Of a stretch of DNA of 24,457 nucleotides, positions 15,169-22,101 are shown piece after piece. Location: the NCBI GenBank assembly GCA_021775615.1, contig JAJFHL010000333.1:1-24457 (forward strand), read 5' to 3'. The DNA comes from Hyphomicrobiales bacterium. Its GTDB lineage: Bacteria; Pseudomonadota; Alphaproteobacteria; Rhizobiales; JAJFHB01. Under the pieces are notes generated by a model. It worked only from the letters and a program-made list of their open reading frames with translations, had not been told where the DNA came from and searched no databases. The translations under genes were made by a program, and so were the position numbers. The stretch's first letter is position 1; every line of letters begins with the position of its first letter.

Positions 15169-15777
15169 ATGCAAGGCAAGCTCACGCGACGCCGTCTGGT
15201 CCAGGTCATATGCCTGGCCGGAGGCGGCGCGCTGGCGTTGCCCGGCATTCCACGCGCCGGCGAGCCGGTTGAAGACTTCATCGGCACCCTGGCGAACCAA
15301 CTGCTCGAAATCATCGTCAAGGACACTCCTCGCGAGGAGAAGAAGGAGCAGTTCCGGGCATTGCTGGTCGACAGGGCCGATATTCCGGCAATCGCCACGT
15401 TCTCCCTTGGCCGCTTCGCACGCCGGCTGCCGGAGCGCGACCGCATCGACTATTACGGGCTGGTGGCTGCCTATATCTCGAGCATCTTCGCCACCCACGC
15501 CATCGGCCTGGGCGGTGAGGAAGTCGCCATCACCGGCTCGCTCAGACGATCGGAGCGTGAACTGCTGGTCAACAGCAAGGTGAAGTTCGCCAGCGGCCGT
15601 TCGCTTGCGGTCGACTGGCGCGTTACCGAGACGGACGGCGTCTTCAAGGTGTTTGACGTTTCCATCAACGGCATCTGGCTGGCGATCCAGCAGCGCAGCG
15701 AATTCATGTCGGTGATCAAGCGCGGCGGTGGAACCGTCGAGGCCCTGCTCGCGCATCTGCGTAAGCACACATACTAG
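15169..15777 (+). CDS. Second MlaC/Ttg2D-family paralog with a Tat signal
   Basis: TRRRLVQVICLAGGGALALP Tat motif. Clear paralogy to the upstream gene (FSLGRFARRLP…VDWRVTETDGVFKVFDVSINGIWLAIQQRSEFMSVIKR…LLAHLRK). Confidence 0.6.
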   Translation: MQGKLTRRRLVQVICLAGGGALALPGIPRAGEPVEDFIGTLANQLLEIIVKDTPREEKKEQFRALLVDRADIPAIATFSLGRFARRLPERDRIDYYGLVAAYISSIFATHAIGLGGEEVAITGSLRRSERELLVNSKVKFASGRSLAVDWRVTETDGVFKVFDVSINGIWLAIQQRSEFMSVIKRGGGTVEALLAHLRKHTY

Positions 15778-15784
15778 ATCACGA

Positions 15785-15812
15785 TCGACTTAGGTTGAAT
15801 CACCTAAGTCGA
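15785..15812. terminator. 11-bp perfect hairpin (TCGACTTAGGT-tgaatc-ACCTAAGTCGA) between the convergent MlaC-like and ettA genes. A second nested inverted repeat lies at 15840-15887.
   Basis: Seen directly in the sequence. No clean U-run on either strand. Confidence 0.35.
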
Positions 15813-15896
15813 TAAAACGTGATCGATTCCAATATTCTGGAGCGGGATCGGACGGAAAACCGGTGTCCACTTTTCCTGATCCCGCTCTAGACAGAA

Positions 15897-17555
15897 TCAG
15901 TTCCGCGCGAATCGCTTGAACTTGATGCGGTGCGGACGCTCCGCGTCATCGCCCATGCGCCGTTTGCGGTCAGCCTCATAGTCTTCGTAGTTGCCTTCGA
16001 ACCATTCCACATGGCTGTCGCCTTCAAAGGCCAGGATGTGGGTGGCGATACGATCCAGGAACCAGCGGTCGTGGCTGATGACCACGGCGCAGCCGGCAAA
16101 TGTCGCCAGGGCATCTTCCAGGGCACGCAGCGTATCGACATCGAGATCGTTGGTCGGCTCATCCAGCAGCAGCAGGTTGGCGCCGGACTTCAGCATCATC
16201 GCCAGATGCACCCGGTTGCGCTCGCCGCCCGAGAGCTGTCCGACTTTCTTCTGCTGATCGCCGCCACGGAAATTGAACCAGCTGACATAGGCCCGGCTGT
16301 TCACTTCGCGCTTGCCCAATGCGATCACGTCGTTGCCGCCGGAGATCTCATCCCAAACGGTGGCGTCCGCCCGAAGCGCATCGCGGCTCTGGTCCACATA
16401 GCCAGACTGAACCGTATCGCCGATCTTGAGAGTGCCCCGATCCGGTTGCTCCTGCCCCGTCAGCATCCGGAACAGGGTCGTCTTGCCGGCGCCGTTGGCC
16501 CCGATCACACCGACAATGCCGCCGGGAGGAAGTTTGAACGAAAGATCGTCGATCAGGAGTTCCTCGCCATAGCCTTTCGACAGCCCCTCCGCCTCGATGA
16601 CCAGCGAGCCAAGCCGTTCGCCGGGAGGAATGGTGATCTGTGCCCGTCCCTCGTTCGCAGCGGCCGCCTCGGCCAGCAGTTCGTCATAGGCCTTGATGCG
16701 GGCCTTGGACTTGGCCTGCCGTGCCCGCGGGCTCGACCTGACCCATTCAAGCTCGCGTGAAAGCGTACGCTGCCGCGCCTCTTCCTGGCGGCCCTCCTGC
16801 TCAAGGCGTTTCTGCTTCTGCTCGATCCAGGCCGAATAGTTGCCCTCATAGGGAATGCCGCTGCCGCGGTCGAGTTCGAGGATCCAGCCCGTCACATTGT
16901 CGAGGAAATAGCGGTCGTGGGTGACCATGACCACAGTACCGGAGTAGTTGCGCAAGAACTGCTCCAGCCAGGCCACGCTTTCCGCATCGAGATGGTTGGT
17001 CGGCTCATCGAGCAGGATCATGTCCGGCTGCGACAGCAGTAGCCGGCACAGCGCCACCCGGCGCCGTTCGCCGCCGGACAGTTTGGTCACATCCGCGTCG
17101 TCGGGCGGGCATCGCAGCGCGTCCATCGCCTGTTCCACCTGCCCGTCGAGATCCCACAGATCCTGCGCATCGATGACATCCTGCAATTCGGCCATCTCAG
17201 TGGCCGTCTCGTCGGAATAGTTCATCGCAAGTTCGTTGTAGCGGTCCATCAGGGCCTGCTTTTCCGCAACGCCCTCCATCACGTTGCCGCGCGCGTCCTT
17301 CGATGCATCAAGCTCGGGTTCCTGGGACAGATAGCCAACCTTGACACCGTCGGCCGCCCAGGCCTCTCCCTGAAAATCGGTATCGATGCCCGCCATGATC
17401 TTGAGCAATGTCGACTTGCCGGCGCCATTGACGCCAAGCACGCCTATCTTGGCGCCGGGATAGAACGACAGTCTGATATCGCTCAAAATCTGTTTGCCGC
17501 CGGAAAAGGTCTTGGACATGCGGTCCATGACATAGATGTATTGATAAGACGCCAT
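15897..17555 (-). CDS. ettA: Energy-dependent translational throttle protein EttA (ABC-F ATPase)
   Basis: [17 protein letters not shown]…[18 protein letters not shown]… with two ABC domains. Collinear with E. coli EttA. Start set at ATG 17555 by N-terminal homology (the ORF-track start at 17573 is TTG). Confidence 0.9.
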   Translation of the reverse strand: MASYQYIYVMDRMSKTFSGGKQILSDIRLSFYPGAKIGVLGVNGAGKSTLLKIMAGIDTDFQGEAWAADGVKVGYLSQEPELDASKDARGNVMEGVAEKQALMDRYNELAMNYSDETATEMAELQDVIDAQDLWDLDGQVEQAMDALRCPPDDADVTKLSGGERRRVALCRLLLSQPDMILLDEPTNHLDAESVAWLEQFLRNYSGTVVMVTHDRYFLDNVTGWILELDRGSGIPYEGNYSAWIEQKQKRLEQEGRQEEARQRTLSRELEWVRSSPRARQAKSKARIKAYDELLAEAAAANEGRAQITIPPGERLGSLVIEAEGLSKGYGEELLIDDLSFKLPPGGIVGVIGANGAGKTTLFRMLTGQEQPDRGTLKIGDTVQSGYVDQSRDALRADATVWDEISGGNDVIALGKREVNSRAYVSWFNFRGGDQQKKVGQLSGGERNRVHLAMMLKSGANLLLLDEPTNDLDVDTLRALEDALATFAGCAVVISHDRWFLDRIATHILAFEGDSHVEWFEGNYEDYEADRKRRMGDDAERPHRIKFKRFARN

Positions 17556-17623
17556 TGGGGGCTCAGCTCTCAATTAAGGTCGAGGAGGAGCGGCCTTTTA
17601 GCCGATCGTCGGCCCGGTTGCAA

Positions 17624-18499
17624 TCAGGCCGCTTCAAATTGCGCCCGAAAGAACGCAACATTGGTCACAAGTCCCGGGAGCAGGTAGCTGAACAGTCTCG
17701 TGACCTCGAGGACTTCTGAAATCCGGGCATCCCGGGCAGCGGCCTCCTGCAGCTTCAGCGCCGTCAGGCCGCGTGGATTCGGCAGCCCTGCCGCCGCCTC
17801 GAACATCGCCTCATGCATTTTCCTTGTAACCGCCGCGTAGCCCGGACGCGGCAGCACCTCGCGAAGATCTCCCCAGGCCAGTTCGAAGTAGCTTGGCCAG
17901 CGTGACAGCGCCCGATAGTCCGTATTGACGAAGGGCAGGCCCAGCGTATCCATGATGTCCTGGTAGATGCGGCGGGTGTCGGCGGAGGCATGATGCGGCT
18001 CCATCAGCACGAACGGCTGCTCGTCCGGCGGACCATGGCGCGCGGTGTAGGGCTGCACCTCGGCCGGGCCGTTGACAGCGCCTCCTTCAAGAAGGAGCCG
18101 TGCCGCAACAACTGCCGGCAGCTGGATAAAATTGCCGTGCGAAAACACCTCGATCATCTGCCGGATCTCGTCCAGTTCCCTTTCCGAATAGCCGATATCG
18201 GTCAGGCGCGTAACGATTGGCGGCGGCGTCAGTTCCACCACCATCTCTTCGACATCCTGCAGGAGGCGTTCGCATGCCTCGACATAGGCGGTTGACCGGA
18301 CCACCGGCTCGAACGACGACCACCAAAGGTCGAAGAAGGTCCGGTAGTGTGCGAATGCCATCGACACGACCCCGACCCAGGGCACCTGAAAGGCGCGTTT
18401 ATAGGCTTCGTACACACCGCACAGGTCACCTTCCGCCTGGTACTCCCAGACGGGACGGATCAATGGTATCGGGTCCGGCTTCGAACGGTCGGGAATCAT
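17624..18499 (-). CDS. DehI-family (group I haloacid dehalogenase-like) protein with internal pseudo-repeat
   Basis: Two repeats carrying the DehI signature (VYEAYKRAFQVPWVGVVSMAFAHYRTFFDLWW and IYQDIMDTLGLPFVNTDYRALSRWPSYFELAW). G-rich RBS before ATG 18499. The upstream ATGs at 18538 and 18535 lack an RBS. Confidence 0.55.
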   Translation of the reverse strand: MIPDRSKPDPIPLIRPVWEYQAEGDLCGVYEAYKRAFQVPWVGVVSMAFAHYRTFFDLWWSSFEPVVRSTAYVEACERLLQDVEEMVVELTPPPIVTRLTDIGYSERELDEIRQMIEVFSHGNFIQLPAVVAARLLLEGGAVNGPAEVQPYTARHGPPDEQPFVLMEPHHASADTRRIYQDIMDTLGLPFVNTDYRALSRWPSYFELAWGDLREVLPRPGYAAVTRKMHEAMFEAAAGLPNPRGLTALKLQEAAARDARISEVLEVTRLFSYLLPGLVTNVAFFRAQFEAA

Positions 18500-18559
18500 C
18501 TCGCACCCCCCAGCGCGAACAACATCGGAGGGCATCATATGGCAAAACGAACTTGAGAG

Positions 18560-19288
18560 CTATTTGGTCGCCTTGAACACAGCCCAGAAATAGTTCTGGT
18601 AGGGCACCCGCACCTTGGCGAAACCAGCCGCCCTGAGCCAGCGTATCTGAAGGTCGTGCGGGGCGTTCTGGTCATGCTCACGCATGCGGTCAAGCACGCT
18701 GCCAAGTTCCTTTTCGCATATGCCCGTGGCCCGGACATCTTCAAGCCACTGGTCAAAGAGACGCCTGTCCCTGTCGGCAGCACCACTCGATATCTGGTCG
18801 GCATTGACGAAGATGCCGCCGGGCTTCAGCGCCTTGCAGATGCGGGAAAACACGAACCGCTTGTCCGCATGGTCGAGGTGATGGATCGCCATAGACGACA
18901 CGATAATGTCGAGGTCGCACGGCAGCGGGTCCATCAGCATGTCGATCAACGCGAAATCGAAGCGTTTGTTGCCGCCCAGTTTCTCACGTGCCTGGCCGAC
19001 CATGGATTCCGCAAAATCCGAAACGGTGATTTTCGCATGTGGAAAAGCGCGGCCGATGAGTTCGGCAAAAGCCCCGGTGCCGGCGCCCAGTTCCAGTATG
19101 CGGTACGCTTTCCTGCGGTCCTCCGGCAAGGCCGCGAGTGCGGCGCCATAGAACTCCTGATAATCGGGAATGAGGGAACTGCGGAAGCGGTCGAACTTGG
19201 TGGCCGCTTGATCAAACGCTTGCTGAACCGACAACATTGGGTTCGTCGCCTTATATTGCTTTTGCGGACGAGTGCCATACTCGGGCAT
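18560..19288 (-). CDS. Class I SAM-dependent methyltransferase (CmoA/type-12-like)
   Basis: ILELGAGTGAFAELIG motif I, a DxxxD-type motif II region and a CmoA-like N-terminus. An alternative start at ATG 19237 is possible. Ends 21 nt before the DehI-family gene, so an operon is possible. Confidence 0.75.
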   Translation of the reverse strand: MPEYGTRPQKQYKATNPMLSVQQAFDQAATKFDRFRSSLIPDYQEFYGAALAALPEDRRKAYRILELGAGTGAFAELIGRAFPHAKITVSDFAESMVGQAREKLGGNKRFDFALIDMLMDPLPCDLDIIVSSMAIHHLDHADKRFVFSRICKALKPGGIFVNADQISSGAADRDRRLFDQWLEDVRATGICEKELGSVLDRMREHDQNAPHDLQIRWLRAAGFAKVRVPYQNYFWAVFKATK

Positions 19289-19442
19289 TCCAAGAGATAT
19301 AGGTACGCCACACCGTCATGCGCAAGACCAAACGGCGCACAACCTTAAAAAACGGAGGCGAGTGACACCGCTCACAGGGTTCTCCGGTGCGCCTCACCAA
19401 ATGGATGTCTGTCAGGCACAACGACAGCTTGAGGATGCAGAC

Positions 19443-20075
19443 ATGCCAAGGGACACCGAAACACAAGGCCACAACCTGTGGAGTGTGCTGCATGTGTCCT
19501 TCGTGGTCGCGAAACTGGCGGTTCTGGCGTTCGCCATTGCTCTGAGCGCCGCGCCACCGCGCACCTCCGCCCAGTCCATAGGCCCGGTCGTGCAAGCCGG
19601 GTTCAGCCTGCAATCGATCCATCAACGCATTGAGGCGGATTATGCAACCGTCAAGCACATCCAGGCGACAAACCTGGAAGTTCTGCTACACGCCGGCGAC
19701 AACGTCGTTCTGTTTGATGTACGTGAAATCGAAGAATATGTGGTCAGCCGCCTGGACGGCGCTGAACGGATCGACCCGGACATTGAAACCGATGCCTTCA
19801 TCGAGCGTTTCGGCGGTGCCCTGCAGGGCAAACTCGTGGTCTTCTACTGCTCGGTCGGCGTCAGGTCTTCAGAGCTCGCCGAGCGGGTGCAGGACGCCTT
19901 GCGGCAAACCGGCGCCTACGCCGTCTACAATCTGGAAGGCGGAATATTCAACTGGCACAACGAGTTTCGCCATCTGGTGACCGACAGCGGAAAAACCTCG
20001 TATGTCCACCCCTACAGCGACCACTGGAGCCAGCTTCTCAAGCGCCGGGACCTGGTGCGCTACGAACAGGCCTGA
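19443..20075 (+). CDS. Rhodanese-domain sulfurtransferase with N-terminal signal/anchor
   Basis: GAGGATG RBS ~8 nt before ATG 19443. Active-site loop FYCSVGVRS. A hydrophobic N-terminus follows MPRDTETQ. The ORF-track start at 19272 is an extension. Confidence 0.7.
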   Translation: MPRDTETQGHNLWSVLHVSFVVAKLAVLAFAIALSAAPPRTSAQSIGPVVQAGFSLQSIHQRIEADYATVKHIQATNLEVLLHAGDNVVLFDVREIEEYVVSRLDGAERIDPDIETDAFIERFGGALQGKLVVFYCSVGVRSSELAERVQDALRQTGAYAVYNLEGGIFNWHNEFRHLVTDSGKTSYVHPYSDHWSQLLKRRDLVRYEQA

Positions 20076-20095
20076 ACCATGTCGTGGCGGGCCGG

Positions 20096-21043
20096 TCAGT
20101 CCGTCTGAATGCCCAGCACCAGTTTCTGGACATCGTCGAGGCCGCCGGCGAAGTCACCGGCGCGCACATGCCAGTCCGGAATGTCGACATTCGGCGCCAA
20201 ATGATCATTGAACCGCAGCATGAGCACAACCCGCGCCTTGCTGTTGCCGCGCGACCCGTAATGCAGGCAGCGGCAGGTATCGACACATGCGCCCTCGCCG
20301 GCCTTGCCGGTCAATGTCAGGCTCTTTTCGTGGGCGCCAAACTCCGCAACCTCCTCATCCGTCACCTTCCGCGCGACGATGCCCTTGGCAGCGCGAATGC
20401 GATCTGAAATTTCGCCGGGCAACAGCGTGAACGGCCCCTGCTCCGCCGTCACGTCGCTGACATTGAAAAAGAACTTGAGCTGGCGCGCATCTTCACCATC
20501 GCAATGATACAGCTGACTTTGCTGCATCGAATCGTTGGGCGGCGACCACCATAACGAAACCGACGTCAACACCGGCACGCGCCCGAAATAGCGTGTCGCC
20601 AGATCGACGAGGGGACGCGAAACGACAAACTTCATGATGTCCGGAAGGTCGAAGAAACCGTCGTTCCTGACAACCGTCGTCAGCATCTGTTTGTTCGCCG
20701 TCTTGTTCATGGCGCGCTCTTCGGCCGCCCGCACAAGGTCCAGGAGTTCATCGCGATGGGTCTCAAGCGCGCTCTGAAGCTCGGGGAAAGCTTCCCGGCC
20801 GAACAGCACATACCCGTCCGACGAAAGCTGCCGGTCCGCCTCCCCGCCCGCGCCAGCCAGTTTCGCCACCTCAGTGCGCTTGCCGGTCTGGGACGGATTG
20901 CAGATATGCTTGAGGCCGCGAATAACCGGATTGACCAGTTTCCTGGGCACCGCAAACCGATGCCGCAGCATGCGGTGATAGGCGGACGCGTTCCGCATCA
21001 GCCGGGTTGGCTGCACGTGGCCTGCGACGGTATCGATGGACAT
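20096..21043 (-). CDS. Probable Fe(II)/2-oxoglutarate-dependent oxygenase, PhyH-like
   Basis: HCDGED (HxD), GPFTLLPGE, and distal CLHYGSRGNSKARVVLMLRF (His…Arg) in the spacing typical of phytanoyl-CoA-dioxygenase-family enzymes. Confidence 0.45.
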   Translation of the reverse strand: MSIDTVAGHVQPTRLMRNASAYHRMLRHRFAVPRKLVNPVIRGLKHICNPSQTGKRTEVAKLAGAGGEADRQLSSDGYVLFGREAFPELQSALETHRDELLDLVRAAEERAMNKTANKQMLTTVVRNDGFFDLPDIMKFVVSRPLVDLATRYFGRVPVLTSVSLWWSPPNDSMQQSQLYHCDGEDARQLKFFFNVSDVTAEQGPFTLLPGEISDRIRAAKGIVARKVTDEEVAEFGAHEKSLTLTGKAGEGACVDTCRCLHYGSRGNSKARVVLMLRFNDHLAPNVDIPDWHVRAGDFAGGLDDVQKLVLGIQTD

Positions 21044-21176
21044 GGCGCTTTCCGTTCGGACGACCGCTCAAGCGGTGGTGTTCTTGTCACCAATCACGGT
21101 CAATCTAGCCGCCGGACCGAACGTTCGCAATTGGCTTACATTGACGCAGCGGACAATAGTTGACGGCGTGCAGTTG

Positions 21177-22013
21177 CTACTGAGCCGGGCCTTCCCAGTC
21201 TTCTGACAGTCTGCAGGTTATCAGGCGCTTCTTGTCGAACGTGCCGACGTCGACCTTGTTGAACAGGTTGCCCGCCAGAACACGCATCCTGCCTTGAGAA
21301 TCGTCGCCCAGATAAATACCGACAATGCCTGCCCAAGAATCAGGCTTGAGCCTCCAAAGAACTGCCACACAACCGGCGATCAGGTCCTCGCCTGTTTCGT
21401 CTTGCACGGGCTTGCCCCAGTTTTCCCATGATCGGCTCCTCGCGCTTTGTGTGCCGGCGTAACCCGCTTGCCCCACCACCCAGTTCATAAACTGGCTGTT
21501 CCACGGGGTTTCATCATCCAGAACTCGCCCGCTGCCAATGGATTCATTGTATTTGATTATTGCCGGTGTTGATGCGCTACCCTTGGTCTCGGTCACACCG
21601 AGTTCAGGAATAGCCAAATTCAAGAGCTTGTCATTATTGACGTTCCTCGCATCGATCTGCCATTTTTCAATCTCCTCTGGTGCCCACGAGTTCGGATTGG
21701 AGGCGGTTTGAGAAATCGGAAGCGGACCTGACTCGAGTTCAGTTCGCGCGTCGTCGGAGAACTCTACGCCGGAGTAGCGTTCGATGACCTTAACGGCCCA
21801 TTCACGCGTCTTCGATTCTCCGAAAACCTGCGGATCTTTTTCCAGAATGTCGAAGGCAGACTTGACGATTACATTATCCACACCTCGGTCGTTCGATACC
21901 CATGCGAATATGGCGGGCGTTGCCGCCACGGCGACAGGCACCAGCACTGCGGCTATGGCCTTCCAGAGCCAGTCATAGTTCACATCTGATACCGAGGATT
22001 CTGAGTTATTCAC
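21177..22013 (-). CDS. Membrane-anchored protein with a C-terminal TIGR02594-like (CHAP/NlpC-P60 superfamily) domain in which the predicted catalytic Cys and His are replaced. Low-GC gene.
   Basis: GTG start with GGAGGGGG SD. N-terminal TM helix (WLWKAIAAVLVPVAVAATPAIFAWV). The C-terminal region matches the TIGR02594 pattern as recalled from memory (E.KGSAS.P.I..Y…D.PWCS.F.NW…SARSW..WG…GCVAV…GHVGF…LGGNQSN.V) but has PWN for PWC and AGIVG for GHVG. GC ~45-48% against ~62% in the neighbours. Confidence 0.55.
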   Translation of the reverse strand: MNNSESSVSDVNYDWLWKAIAAVLVPVAVAATPAIFAWVSNDRGVDNVIVKSAFDILEKDPQVFGESKTREWAVKVIERYSGVEFSDDARTELESGPLPISQTASNPNSWAPEEIEKWQIDARNVNNDKLLNLAIPELGVTETKGSASTPAIIKYNESIGSGRVLDDETPWNSQFMNWVVGQAGYAGTQSARSRSWENWGKPVQDETGEDLIAGCVAVLWRLKPDSWAGIVGIYLGDDSQGRMRVLAGNLFNKVDVGTFDKKRLITCRLSEDWEGPAQ

Positions 22014-22101
22014 TGCCCCCTCCGATCAACAAGCCTTCAACCAATGTGGAAGGATAGGGCCAAATGGTCGACATGACAAAACTACTGGAGGAGCAACGTG
22101 T

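Noticed and set aside
14528-15768. 207-aa and 258-aa minus ORFs across the MlaC-like genes
   Set aside because: Antisense shadows of two paralogous genes with Tat signals and family similarity.
15930-16760. 276-aa + ORF inside ettA
   Set aside because: Antisense shadow of a highly conserved ABC-F gene.
18656-19348. 230-aa + ORF antisense to the methyltransferase
   Set aside because: The minus-strand product has SAM-binding motifs. The + ORF has none and no RBS.
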